Part shown: piece by piece, positions 13,604 to 28,134 of the stretch
How the letters are laid out: the number at the start of each line of letters is the position of its first letter
How positions within the stretch are numbered: the first letter of the stretch is position 1
Translations under genes and position numbers: made by a program
Assembly: GCA_964016885.1 (NCBI GenBank)
Contig: OZ024741.1
Location: 293,446,001-293,510,000, forward strand
Length of the DNA stretch: 64,000 nt
Source of the DNA: Eledone cirrhosa
Lineage: Eukaryota
Direction of reading: 5' to 3'
The notes under the pieces: generated by a model
Told to the model about the DNA's origin: nothing
Database searches by the model: none
What the model saw: only the letters and a program-made list of their open reading frames with translations

Positions 13604-14195
13604 CCAGGAATTAAAACAGCCTGCTACTAAAGCAGGATTATGTCCAGAAAGAAATCTATACTCTCATCACCCTTTCTTTCTCTTTTTTCCAGGGATTAGA
13701 GCAGCCTGTAACTAAACCAGGATTATCTCCAGAGAGAGATTTATACTCTCATCTCTCTTTCTTTCTCTTTTCTCCAGGGATTAGAGCAGCCTGTAACTAA
13801 ACCAGGATTATCTCCAGAGAGAGATTTATACTCTCATCTCTCTTTCATTCTCTTTTCTCCAGGGATTAGAGCAGCCTGTAACTAAACCAGGATTATATCC
13901 AGAGAGAGATTTATACTCTCATCTCTCTTTCTTTCTCTTTTCTCCAGGGATTAGAGCAGCCTGTAACTAAACCAGGATTATATCCAGAGAGAGATTTATA
14001 TTCTCATCTCCCCCTTGCTCTCTTTTCTCCAGGGATTAGAACAACCTGTAACTAAACCAGGATTATCTCCAGAGAGAGATTTATACTCTCATCTCTCTTT
14101 CTTTCTCTTTTCTCCTGGGATTAGAGCAGCCTGTAACTAAACCAGGATTATATCCAGAGAGAGATAATTATACCCTCATCTCCCTCTCTTTTTTT
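13604..14195. repeat. 85-bp minisatellite, ~7 copies
   Basis: ccagggattaga recurs at 13689, 13774, 13859, 13944 and 14029, with variants at 13604 and 14114. Confidence 0.95.
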
Positions 14196-16369
14196 CTCAC
14201 GTTTCATCATTATTTATCTCCTTTATTTTCCTACAACAATAGGATTATGGTACATGTAAAAGACTTTCTAAAAGAAATACATGATGTTGAGTGCTTAAAT
14301 CCTGGAAAGAGCTAGGATTATTAAGTATCAAAAGAAAGTGGGGAGGTCTGTATCCCACTTACGTACAGCCATTATCAAGTGTAGAGGATAAATTGTCATG
14401 GCTTTTGACAGAAACTGAAGGATCTTCCTAACCCCTCATTTGGAAAGCTTTCTACTGCTGGATGCCTTTCCTAACATCAACCACATTACAACATGCACTG
14501 GATGCTTTTATTGTGTAGATCACCAGCACTGACATTTAAAAATAAATTACATTGCACAAAAGATGCAGGTCTGGTGATTTGCCCATCACATCTGACGTGT
14601 TAGTTACTTCATTTGTTAACATCTCTGTTTACATCAGTTATTCTCTCTGGTATTGAACTGTGATAAACTCTCTTGGTAGGCATCAAAGTCCATTTTCACC
14701 AATCTGTCATTCTCTACAAACAGTTCAGCAAAGTGCAGCTCAACAGCCAAACACATCTTCTTGGAATCAGATTATACATGCTTGCTGCAGTTTGCCAAAT
14801 GTGGAAGTATATCCTTGTTTCTATTCTATACTCATCAAACAGAGCATGTTTCCTCATTTTTCAGAGTACATGCTTGAACACTAAGTAATGAAAGACCATT
14901 CTAGCTGCAAATATTTCATAAATGATTCTTTTTCTATTCACCATTCCTCAATGGTTGATTAGCTGTTTCTCTAATTTTCTGTTCTTTATTGCTACATTTT
15001 TGCCATGAATGTCAAGATTCTGCTCTGATTTTCCATTTTAGTGAGACCCACTACATTATTAATAATTATACACTTCAGTTGTGCCTAAGACATGACAACC
15101 TCCCAAGTGTTGGGGATCTACATGATAAACATACCTACTACACTCCGTAAAGTGGTCAGTGATAGGAAGAGAATACAGTTGTAGAAAACCTTCCAAACAA
15201 ATTTTTTTCTGTTGTGTCAAGGATATGACACCTTCACTACTGTTGGTGCATGATAAAATAATAATGATGAAAATTTTATCCACTTTTGTAAGGTTTCACT
15301 AGCTATCTGTTGCTAGGTGCAATGTATTAATTGATCTCAGAGGCTCAATATATCGTGTAGGATTCTGGCAGTGCTGGTGATGGTAGAAGTTTCGGGCACT
15401 GCCAATGAAATTGGGTATCCCAAGACATAAGACATTTAGGGACCATGCCTATCACCCCAATGATGATTGGTACAACTTCTGCCTTCACATGGTGATCAGT
15501 TCTAATAGCACCTGCAATAATAATAATATAGAGTGTCCTTTATAAGTAGAACAGTGATGATAAGATACTCAATGACATGTTTTAAGATACATAATTGTAT
15601 AAATTAAGAAATATAATATGTTTTAAGATCATGCAGATTGCATTGGTTTGAACACGTAAAACATGGTGGTGGGTGGATACATGGATGTATCATTATTTTG
15701 GCACCTGGTATACGGGGTTGCCTACGTAAGACCTAGATGGTGGGTGGATACATCAATGTTCCGAGATTGTTGCCCTTAGTAGACAGGGAAGAGGTTGCCC
15801 ATGTAAGACCTGGGATTAGGTAATCAGGGATGATTTGAAAGCCTGGAACATGGATCAAAACTTATCCCTGGAACAAACAATCTGGAGTGATGCTTTGAGA
15901 GAGGCTACAAAAGCATCCAACGCTTGAGACAAATTAAGAAGACATTAAATCAGATGACGATGATGATCATGTAGATTCAGGAAACCAATGTAGGGAAATG
16001 GCAGAGATGTTAGGGCATCTGATTAAAAATGGTTCTTTATGTATTTCAGCTTATTGCACTCTAGATTGATAAAGAACCCATCTAGTACAGTAGTCGATTC
16101 TTCTTCTACCTCTCTTTTTTTCCTTTTTTTGTTATGACCTGCTCAAGAATGCAATGCAATGCATTATCTGGTCCAGGAATCATACCCATAATTTTATGAT
16201 CCTAAGTCCAGTACCCTTATCAATAAGTCATGTACCTTCACATGTATTTAATATGTATTATAAGAGAACATTGACTCACATAATATATATTTGTCAGATG
16301 CTTCTTTGATTTAGTAAAATCTTTACTCATAGAAAAATAGTTATATTTATCTACTACAATATCACCACC

Positions 16370-16575
16370 ACCATTATTAATTTTACGTCTGTCTTTCCAT
16401 GCTCGCATGGATTAGACCAGAAGTCTCCAGTACAGCACCTCTCCACATGTTTAATTTCTTTACCATCTCTGTGGGATTCGGTTTCTTGAGATCTGCTTTT
16501 AATACCTCTGTCCATATATTTGTCTGTTTCCCTTTACCTCGGCTTCCTTCCTCTTCGAACTCTTGACACTCTTTC
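16370..16575 (-). mobile_element. Degenerate RTE LINE 3' end
   Basis: ECQEFEEEGSRGKGK..WTEVLKADL..WRGAVLE, plus the tail gcatggaaagacagacgtaaaa. Confidence 0.75.
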
Positions 16576-16700
16576 ACTCATTCAAACACACAACCACACA
16601 CATACACACACGTGTGTGTTTGTGAGGGAAGAAATTTGGATTACCCACACTGTTATACATGTATATGTATGTGTGTATATATGTATATGGATGTATATGA

Positions 16701-16736
<36 letters not shown>

Positions 16737-16738
16737 GC

Positions 16739-16783
<45 letters not shown>

Positions 16784-16793
16784 TGGATGTATA

Positions 16794-16832
<39 letters not shown>

Positions 16833-17867
16833 GGGTATATATGGATATGTATAAATGTGTTTGTGTGTAAGTGTATATATACAAACAGCACCAATATTCC
16901 TGGTAATAGCCATTTAGCACTTTTGTTCATGGTTTTACACTTGGAATCTATCGACCATATTCCCACTAGTCCTGTAAGATAATTCACACTCTGCAAATTC
17001 TTTCTGTTTTACCATAATTCTATATAACACTTAATGTTACTTAAGCAAAACTGTCTTTTATGATGGCATATACTTTTATGGTCATTGCATAGCCAGCTCA
17101 GTTTCAACACAGGCAGTTTTATATATCACATACGAGCTATATAGTTTTCTTTCCCAAACTTTATAGCATGCTCTTTTTGTTGGTGATAGTTTTGTTGTTG
17201 TTGTGGTTATTGGTGGTTGATGGTGCTTGTAGTTGTTGTATAAAGTAGCAAGAATTGAGGATCTTGGGAATCAAATGTCTTCTAGTATATAATTACGTCA
17301 TTCATGTTCTATACTACGTACCATACTTGGGCTGAGGATCAATTTTGTTTTACTGTTTTCATCACTAAAGCCATCACTCCCATCACTGTCACCACCACCA
17401 CTGCCATCACCCCCAGCAAAGCCACTTCTACTACCACTACTGCCACCACTATCAAGAAACATTGTCACTGCTGCCATCACCTCCACCACTGCCATCACTT
17501 CAATCACAGCTACCTCAACCATCACTATGACTGTTCCTACAACCACCATGGTTATCATTATAGCCATGCCCACTCCTGACCGACCTCTAGCACTGACCAA
17601 TACTATGCCACTACTGGTATGATATATTAAGATATATTAAGTGGTGATGTTTAAGATACATTGTTTTCAAATTTACTAGAATAATATTTTTGAGAAACCA
17701 TTTTGTGGCAACTTAGCCAAATGTTTTCTACAATAATCCTTCTTTGACCACTATCCTTTGACCAGAATTTCAAAGACAAACACATATATATAGTGTTGCT
17801 ATGACCTATGCTGGAGTAGGCTTTGAAACCTTAGGTAATGAGCAACTGTGTTGAGAAATTATTGTAA

Positions 17868-18246
17868 TAATTGTTTCTACTTTAGGCACAAGGCCAGCAA
17901 TTACCCAGTACATTACTGGTACTTTATTTTATCGACCCCGTAAGGATGAAAGGCAAAGTCAACCTCAGCGGGATTTGAACTCAGATCGTAAAGGGACGTA
18001 ACTATGCTGGAAAGCATGGCGTCTGACCCTCTACCGATACTGCCAATCCATAATAATAGTAATAATTGTTTCTACTTTTGGCACAAGGCCAGCAATTATC
18101 CCAGTGCATTACTGGTACTTTATTTTATCGGTCCTGTAAGGATGAAAGGCAAAGCTAACCTCAGCAGGATTTGAACTCAGAAAGTAAAGGGCCATAACTC
18201 TATGGTGTTAAGCATGTTGTCCGATGCCCTACCAATGCTGCCAAAT
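17868..18246 (-). mobile_element. Head-to-tail dimer of SINE family A
   Basis: Two consecutive full copies separated by a short taat-rich spacer. Confidence 0.88.
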
Positions 18247-18537
18247 ATATCTGTGTGTGTGCATCATCTTTGAGAGTTGCAATCGGGTAAGGTCGGCTTG
18301 GGTCTTCCCAATATATATATATATACGTAGGTCCCGGGTTGAGTTGGGGATAACCACAGTAAGTAAGGTACTCAATACATGGCAGAGTAAAATTTTTTTA
18401 TTTTATAGAAGGAGCTTCTACAGGACTAGTACTGTTTCATTCAGATGAAATCTTCAGGTGAAATCTTCAGAATGCTTCCTGAAGATTTCATCTGAATGAA
18501 ACAGTACTAGTCTTGTAGAAGCTCCTTCTATAAAATA

Positions 18538-18577
<40 letters not shown>

Positions 18578-19499
18578 GAAGACCCAAGCCGACCTTACCC
18601 AATTGCAACTCTCAAAGGCGATGACACACGCAGTAATGCAGAAGACCCAGCTGAAGCATATAGACAATATGACCCCCCCCCCTCCACAGTGGTCGTGGAG
18701 GTGCCACAGCAAAAAAGCACCCAGCACTCACTGTAAATGAGGTTGGTGTTAGGAAGGGCATCCAGCTGTAGGAATCAAACCAGAATCAGTTCCAGTATGA
18801 GCAACACAAGGTCAGCCAACCACTGCCCACAACAGGACAAACCACCTAACCCATGCTAGCGTGTAAGAATGGACGTAAAACAGTGATGATGATGATGATG
18901 ATATATATATATATAATTTGCTACAATGGACAATAACTATTAAACATGATGATGATATAATCATATTTTAAAAAGCATTGAGTGAATTATGAATTTCAGA
19001 TGTATTTTAGCTTTAAGTTAACTGCTACAGTGAAGGTTTTTGACTATAAAAAACAGTTGAACAAGTTGGATGTATAAGTTCCTTGAGAAGGAAAAAAAAG
19101 GAACAGTCTCACCTGCAGTATGCTGGACAGCTGCTCTACTAATGATACCAAAGTTGGTTGACAGGTATTCTTGTCATTTTCAGATTTATTGGTTGGCCAG
19201 TGAATGTAAATAACTCATATTTTATGGAACATTGAGTAAATTATGAATTTTGAATGTTGGCTTAAAATTAACTGCTTTGAAGTGTTTTTTTTTATTATTA
19301 TATACACACACATATATATATGTATATAAGTTAGTTCCACAACATATTAGCAAACCATCTTCTAGAACACGTATTTCACACAACGGATTTTCAACTTGAG
19401 GTTGTGCTGAAAAATGGAAGTTTATATGACTTGGCCAATCATACCCAAGGTAGTTGAGAAGGGTCAACTGAAGTTAGACTAATGAAAGGGAGACAATTG

Positions 19500-20150
19500 A
19501 GTTCATTCCGGATAAAATTAGTCTGGGTTCTTGTAGTTACATAACAAGTACCTGGACGCATATGTACATTGATTGTATTAGACAAGTACTATTAGGCAAT
19601 CTCTGCAAGATATTGGTTCATTTGTCAATGCACAACCCACCAGACAATTTCCCATTTCTGTAAGGCCTAGATTTGGCCAGAACTTTCCATTGAATAGAGT
19701 AATCCATGTTTCCATCTTTGAGTAACCATATATGGTTTGGCAGCTTCATGGACGATCACTTATCAAAGTGTCTAAAGGTTACCTGATGGTTATGGAAGCG
19801 TTCTTTAAACCAGCCCTCCACCATACCTACATATGACTTGACCTCCTGTTGTTGGTTTGGTCGAGCTTCATAGACTATTGCAGATGCATTACACTGTTGT
19901 TGAAGGGGGCATATTTCTGGCCTTTGGCAACAGCATCCAGGTGAGGTTGATCTCTTGGGGTTGGTGGTGATGTGAGCTTTCATATTTTTAGCACAGGAAT
20001 AGCCGTGTTTCACCCTGTGTCTATTGAAGATAGGTCAGTATTTATGACCTGTGGAGAAGTTCTTATCTAGCAGTGCTAAGTATTTCCTACCTACATTGGT
20101 TCTAACACTGAGCGAGAAGGGTGGGCAGAACCAAATTATTTTTTTTTATT
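19500..20150 (-). mobile_element. Penelope-like element fragment (Cys-rich linker plus GIY-YIG endonuclease)
   Basis: IIWFCPPFSLSVRTNVG...YSCAKNM...CCCQRPEICPL..C..IVYEA...SYVGMVEGWFKERFHNH...WKVL, typical of Neptune-type PLE endonucleases; contains stops. Confidence 0.88.
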
Positions 20151-20650
20151 TAGACTTCTTTTTCTACTGGTATAAAAAGAATTCAAAATAAAGTTAATCA
20201 ATAAAGGAATTACAGCAAACACAAACAGGGAAAATATAGACAAAATATTTGATTTGGAGATGGCCTAGCTGCAAAATATGTGTTATTGTTACTGCAGTAC
20301 ATCTCTATATTTTTTCTATATTTTTGCTGTTTGTGATTGCCATAATTCCTTTATTGATTAACTAATTATGCAATCTGAACCTGATGATGTCAGCAGGATC
20401 TTATGTAACCAGGCCATTGAAATATATATATAGTATTTTTGCAACAATAAAACTTTAAACATCACCAGTCTGGCCTCCTGTTATTTTAATAAAACTAATA
20501 TTTAACTTCATTCCTGCATCAGCCACAGGATTCAACATCAACAATGGATGAGTTGCATAGTGTAGAGTGCTTTTCCTACTCTAGCATCATGGTTAATTAA
20601 ATGGGATGACCAGTTCTATCCAGTGGTGAACCAATAAACATACATATCTC

Positions 20651-20739
<89 letters not shown>

Positions 20740-22823
20740 ATAAAAGATCGGAGGCCATGTGTATGTGTCTGTATGTTTAATTGGTGACTATCATTCATTT
20801 CACTTACTTTTGAATAGATTGAGGAATACACACATAGCAGGGAGTCAAAGCTCAAAGAAATAAGTGTAGGTTAACATATTTAGTGTAGTGAGCCAAAACA
20901 AATTTTTAACCCAACTGAAGTTACACGTGTAATGAAGAAAAATCTATAAGAGAATTACAAAAATCAAGGAAGAGAAATGTGAAATTTAAATTGATAAAAT
21001 TTGTTGTGGACATTTCACTTTGTTTGATTGAAATAAAAAAGTACGATACTATTTCTACATTAAGGTGTGTGGTGTTTGCTAGAAAAGGGGATATCCATCC
21101 AGCTTTAAAAAGTAATTGTTCATCAAATCAATGATCCCACACATACAAGCATGGCAGAATGAATGTAAAAGTTTTTTTTATTCTAATTATATAACCCTGA
21201 ATTACATATACATTGTAGATAGATATTTGACAATACTTTTAGCTTTTATTAAAACAAATTCAGAAACATCAAGTCAGTAACAAATTTTTCTGTAAAAAAC
21301 TTTGATTTTTAAAAAATCAAATTAATAATATGTGTATATGTAAAAAAACATATTCTAAAATAACTTTATGAATTTCAGTATATTTGAACATAATTGTAGG
21401 TTATTACATATATGGTTGTATGTATTTGTATATGTATGTATCCAACTCACACTAGCATGAAAAAAGCTGATGTAAGACACACATACATATTTTTTATTGT
21501 CAAATACTAGCAATGTAATTCAAATTATAGTGATTCTTGAATTATTACCACAGCACCATGCTCCAGTATGGTCATAGCCACGTAGTCTAAAACTAAATGA
21601 AACGAAATAGCCAACAATATTAAAAACAGTTGAGAACAACTGTGATCAAATTGTCAAACTAACACATCAGGCTGTATTATTATTATATATATAAACGGGT
21701 ATTTTGTTATAGAAAATTATACAATGGATAAAGTTAGAGAACTGACAAGCCATTTTCTGAAAGCAAACAAGCTAGCCAAAATAGAAATAGATGTTGGTGG
21801 TTATTTTTAATAATATATTAAGGAGACTTTAGCATTCATTATTTTTGTTCCATTAGTTTCTTAGTCTAGGATTTGTGGTGATAAGAGACAAAGAGAAGTA
21901 AAAGAGAGAGCGAGAAAGAGAGACATACCTAGATATTAGAATAGCGGGTTTGTGGGGATGAGAGAGAGAGACTTATAAATAAGAATAGTTGCTTTGTAGT
22001 AATGAGAGACAGCGAAAGAGGGCGAGTGAGAGAGAGAAACTTACCTATATATTAGGATATTGGTTAGAATTGTTATGCTGATTTTCAGATTTTGTTTGGC
22101 TTGAAATTTGATGTGTTTGTATGTTGTGTATGTTGGCATGCATGCTATGAAATGGAGGATGAAGTTAGCAACTAGGAACATTTTGATTAGTATCTCTTCA
22201 TAGCTTTATGTATCTTTATTTGGTAGTTTTTCCACAGTTTAATCTATTTTTCTGTGTGTTGCATGTGAAGAATGATTTCATTTGTTAAAGCAATTGATTT
22301 TGACAGTTCGATGTATGTCTGTCATTCCTACTAAATATACTACAAATAGAAGTAGGACTAGAGGCCGTATTTTGTTAACTCAAATACCTTGTTTGCTCAA
22401 CGGCCTTAATACAATAGTTGTAGTAAGTTCAAGATGAGAAATTACAACCATGTGGTCAGTAGTTCAACTCTTTATCCTTATAGCCATCTATTTTCTTTAA
22501 GCTTATAGAGGTATAAAATTGGTGCAGGTATGGCTGAATGGTTTTAAAAGTTTGCTTTGCAATTATGAGGTTACCCGTTGCATGGCATTTTGGGTAAAAT
22601 TATCTTGGCAGGGTTTGAACTCAAAATGTAAAACAGCCACAAATCAACATTCAGTACCAAGTTATACTTACATTTTCGTATCTTACATTTCTTTCTGCTG
22701 TAAATAACATGCTATTATGGCATTCTCTATTCAGGTAGTTGCAAACAATTATTCACTCACTTTCTTTTGCCCCAGGGCATAGGTAATGACCTGACAAGTG
22801 ATTGTATAAAATAGCCATAGAAG

Positions 22824-22868
<45 letters not shown>

Positions 22869-22926
22869 TGTTTCTACTATAGGCATATATTATTATTTAT
22901 TATTCCTTCAATGGCCATTTTATACA

Positions 22927-22969
<43 letters not shown>

Positions 22970-24469
22970 CTGTTTTTTTTTGTTTTTTTTATTTATTTAT
23001 CATTGGAGATTCTTGCTAGTTTGAAATAATTTTTGGAAATTTCAGAGAAATAAATGAAAAAAAATAATTCTAGCAATAAAATAAGATAAAATAAGATAAT
23101 AATATATAAAATAATAATATTGACGCCAATCAAATACGTGAAGCAACTTAAGCGTTATAATTCCTAAAGACTTTTCCAGTTATAGTAAATTAGTAATTTT
23201 CTCCTTGAGAAATATAAAAAAAATAATAATATTTTGGGTTTATAGTAAAGAAATTTTAAATCAGAAATGGAAAGAAAGAAAAAAATTAATATTAAGACAA
23301 AAAAAAAAATGTTATCCTAAAAATATTTCTAACATGAAAATACCAACAACGATAAACATGAAATAATAAAAATAACCCAAAGATACTAGTAATAATTCTA
23401 ATAATGATAATATTATTAATAATAATAATAATAATAATAATAGTTATAGTAGTAGTTGTAGTAGTAGCATTCATATCATCATTATTATTATTATTATTAT
23501 GTTATCTTTTCTAGTTTATATTTATAAAATTGTTAACACTTCTTTGTTACTAATCTTTTTTGTTGTAGTTGTTGCTAAAGTTTATAATGTAATTAGTTTT
23601 GATATTAACAAAGGAAGAACCAAGTTTAATCCATTAATCAATAGTTAAATTATTCATGATTTCCACACATTTATACGATTTATTTATTTATTTTTATATA
23701 TTTATTTATATTGCTTAAACTTATTTGAAATTTAGTTGATGTTGTTTAAAACTGTGTTGCATTGTTAGTTGAATATGAAGAAATTTAACCAGCAGTTAGT
23801 TAGCAGTACTTTGATTTCAAATTGCATTCTTGTATTTAACACTCCTTCATTTTTTTAATTTAATTTCTTTAATCTCTCTATATGATAGCAAACGCAACAA
23901 ATTGGCAGAGTTGTTAGAATATCAGATAGAATGCTTTGCAGTATTCACTTCCACTCTCTGCTATCTGAGTTCAAATCCTGCTGAGGTTAACTTTGCCTTT
24001 CGTTCATTCGAGGTTGAGAAAAAAAACAGTACAAGTACTGGAGTTGATTCTTCCTCTGTATCTCTTTTTTGCTTTCATTCACTTACTCTCTAACCCTTTA
24101 TGGAAGAAATCTGGTCTACTCAAACCTGGAGAGGAGATAGGCTCTGTAGGGTTAAAAATGCCATAGAAACACTGTAGTTTCCATGCTGGTGAACATGACA
24201 AAAAAAGCACTCAGACCACTCTGTCTGATGATTGTGCAGGTACTATGATGAAACAGGACCCATTCCACCCTATTAGTTGGTCATTCTGGTGCCATAATGG
24301 AAAACACCCTGTCCACACCGTAATGTGGTTGACATTAGGAAGGGTATCCAGCCATAGAAATCAAGCCCAAAACAGATCTGTATGAGTCAGACATGGTCGC
24401 CTGACCTGGCTAGGCTCATAACATAACAGCCTGTCTAACCCATGCAAGCAGGCAAAATAGACATTAAAG

Positions 24470-25429
24470 TGATGAACAGCAAGCAAACAGCCACAGGAAA
24501 CAAGTACCACCAATCTCTGGGAGGGCCCTGTAGAAACAGTAGACAGCTTCTGCTACCTAGGTGACCGAATTAGCAACGGAGGTGGGTGCTCAGAAAGTAC
24601 AATAACTAGGGTAAGAATGGGATGGAAGAAGTTTAGGGAACTACTACCACTGCTAGCTGCAAAAGGCTTCTCCCTCAGAATGAAAGGCAGACTGTATGAT
24701 GCGTGTATCCGAACAGCGATGTTGCATGGTAGTGAGACCTGGGCGCTGAAGGTGGAAGACTTACGTAGATTAGAGAGAAACGAAGCCTGCATGCTCCGAT
24801 GGATGTGTAACAGTAATATACGTGAACGACAAAGCATAAATGAATTGAGAGAGAGACTGAGCATAAGAGGAATCAAATGCTGCGTGCAGGAGAGGCGGTT
24901 ACGCTGGTATGGACATGTGATGCGTATGAAGGATGACAGCTGCATAAAAAGGTGCAGAGCACTAGAAGTTGATGGAAACCGCGGAGTGGGGAGACCCAAG
25001 ATGACTTGGGATGAGGTGATAAAAGCCGACCTTACCCAACTACACCTCTCAAAGTCAATGACACACGACCGTGACTTCTGGCGTCACGCAGTAATACAGG
25101 GTACCCGACCTCCCATGGGTACATGCTGAAGCATATAAACAATATGCCCCCCCCCCCCCCCACCGCAAGGTGGTCGTGGAGGTGCCACGGCAAAAAAGCA
25201 CCCAGCCCACACTGTAAAGTGGACGTGTAGGCGCCACGAAAAAGCACCCAGCACTCACTGTAAATGAGGTTGGTGTTAGGAAGGGCATCCAGCTGTAGAA
25301 ATCAAGCCAGATCAGTTCCTGTATGAGCAAGGCATGGTCAGCCGACCAGACACTGCCCACAACAGGACAACCCGTCTAACCCATGCTAGCGTGGAAGAAC
25401 GGACGTAAAACGGTGATGATGATGATGAT

Positions 25430-25430
<1 letters not shown>
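24470..25430 (+). mobile_element. RTE LINE 3' fragment with an extended 3' UTR and (GAT)n tail
   Basis: VDSFCYLGD..GWKKFRELLPLL..RRLRWYGHVMR..GRPKMTW, homologous to 3930-4530. Confidence 0.92.
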
Positions 25431-25472
<42 letters not shown>

Positions 25473-27189
25473 CTGTCTCTGTCTATGTCTATCACTATTT
25501 GTCTGTCTCTTTCTGTCCACTTATATCTATCATTTTGTTTGTGTTTGCCATGTTTTAAGATCATGCGGACTGCATTGCTTTGGTCATGTGAACTGTAGTA
25601 GTGGGTGGATACATTGATGTACCAAGATTGTAAGCCCTGGTAGATGGGGAAGTGGATGCCCTCATAAGACCTGGGAAGAGTAATTAGGGATGGTCTGGAA
25701 CCTAGATCAAAACCTATCCCTGGAACAAATAATCTGGAGAGCATCTTTGAAAGAAGCTACCAAAACACACAATGCTTGTGACAAGTAAAGATGCTAACCC
25801 AGATGATGATTATGATGATTTCTTTATTCACCTATATACTCATCTATCTATCTATCACATCTGAATAAAGGGCTTGTGTTCTGCCTGAAACATTACATGT
25901 TTCTTCCTGTGAACCATTTATCACTCACACTCACCTAGCCTAAGTGTACCCGAACAACATATTGCATATTTTGTTCATTTATGTGCTATTAAACAGATGA
26001 CCTAACCATTAAGCATGGTGAAACAGCTGGTCTGTTGTTTTCCTACCATCCAACCATTCTGCCTTTCCACACATTACCAGTTATTCATGCTTACTCATCT
26101 CAGTTTAAATTATGAGCATTTACCTAAATCTTAAAACTAGTTAGACTAACTGAACTCACTCATACCATCCCACCACCCATCCATACATCTTTTCACCCAT
26201 CTATACCATACCATCCAACCCTCTATACATATATTCCATTCATCCATCTATACCATCGATCCATCCAGCCATACCATCGATTCATCTATACATGCCATCC
26301 AACCATACATACCATCTATCCATCCATCTATATATCCATCACTCCATCCCCTCCACCCCATCCATCATTAATATTTCTAAAACTAGAATGTCCATATTAT
26401 CCACCCCCACAATTACTAATCACTGCCAATTGACCAGAGTTCTATTGCTATTACTTCTGGCACTATCTTTTATTCACAGTCATTGTTAACGAAGAATAGC
26501 ATAAGATATTGAAGAACATTTTTTTAAAAGTCATATTCTTCATTGTGTGTTATGTGGAGGCTGGCATGGATACACTGTAATTTCTAAATAACAAGCCACC
26601 TTACTTAAAGTCTCTGACAGATTAGTATTTACCAACCAATACAGCAAACATTGCAGCAACCAAACAAACAAATGACCCAACAGCTAACCAAATGAACCAA
26701 ATAGCCAATTATGCAACCAACCAGCCAATTACCCAACACACCAACAAACTAACCAACCAGCCAATTACTCAATACACCAACCATCCAACAAGCCAACCAA
26801 CCAAGCAACTGATCAATCAACTAACCAGCCATTTACCCAACTAGCACACCAACCAAACACCACAATAATGAGTGGCTAGTTAGGTATTTATGACTGGTCA
26901 GCGGAAAGGAAGGAAGGTATTCTTAAACCAGCAATGTGGTCAGAGGGCTTGTGATGAAGTTGATGCCACTAAAGGTATATTAGGCCCAGATAGTGGTATT
27001 AAATCTAGTGACTAATTAACTCTACCACCCAAGTAGGCCACAATGGGATTTGAACTCAGAACACAAAGAGCTGGAAAAATTAGAAGGCACTAACTGGTAT
27101 TCTAACAACTCAGCCAGTCTAGCACCATAGGGTATAAAAATCAAATTAATGATGGTGAAGCTTGTGGAGGTAGTGATGATGATGGTGAT

Positions 27190-27660
27190 AACAATGATAA
27201 TATTCATGGTGACAATTATATTGGTTATATTAGTGATGCTAGTGATAGAGATGATGATGATAATGGTTATATTAGTGGTGATGGTGGTGGTGGCAGCAAT
27301 ATTGCTGGTACTGATGTTGCTGATAGAGATGATGATGATAGTATTGGTTATATTAGTGGTGATGGCGGTGGTGGCGGTAATATTGCTTGTACTGATGTTG
27401 CTGATAGAGATGATGATGATAATGGTTATATTAGTGGTGATGGTGGTGGTGGCAGCAATATTGCTTGTACTGATGTTGCTGATAGAGATGATGATGATAG
27501 TATTGGTTATATTAGTGGTGATGGCGGTGGTGGCAGCAATATTGCTTGTACTGATGTTGCTGATAGAGATGATGATGATAGTATTGGTTATATTAATGGT
27601 GATGGTGGTGGTGGCAGCAATATTGCTGATACCGATGTCGGTGATAGTGATGATGATAAT
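27190..27660. repeat. GAT/GGT-derived minisatellite with alternating 78/81-bp units
   Basis: gatagagatg at 27244, 27322, 27403, 27481 and 27562. Confidence 0.9.
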
Positions 27661-28047
27661 GTAGGAGATAGATAGTCATGATGATGATGATGATGCAGAT
27701 GATGGTAATACAGTTAGTGGTGGTAGTGGTGGTGGTGATGACGATGATATAAGTATTACAAAAGACTGTTTCCTTACATGCACCAATGAGTGATGTCATG
27801 TAACCAAAAATTCCGTTTCCATGACAAAAACCACTAAATGTCTTAGCTAAGACAGGAAATGGATTTAAAAATACATACACTGTTATAAAAACTGTTATAT
27901 AAACTATTGCTCAATGTCTGACTTATATACCTGAGTGTGTGCATGGTGTGTATATATGTATTCCATTCTTCCATGCTAGTATGGGTTGGGCTGTATATAT
28001 GTGTATATATATGTGTATATATATATATATATATGTGTGTGGGTATG

Positions 28048-28125
<78 letters not shown>

Positions 28126-28134
28126 TATTTATAT

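Noticed and set aside
13604-14195. Regular repeats considered as a CRISPR-like array
   Set aside because: Units are contiguous near-identical 85-mers with no unique spacers, in a eukaryotic context with no cas genes.
14630-14990. Unique-looking segment with short ORFs, a possible host exon
   Set aside because: No consistent splice-site pair; the minus strand resembles a highly decayed LINE ORF2 and is too degenerate to call.
27149-27664. 171-aa very hydrophobic Met/Val/Ile ORF (membrane-protein-like or reflectin-like)
   Set aside because: Product of a GAT/GGT minisatellite; no reflectin motif and no splice context.
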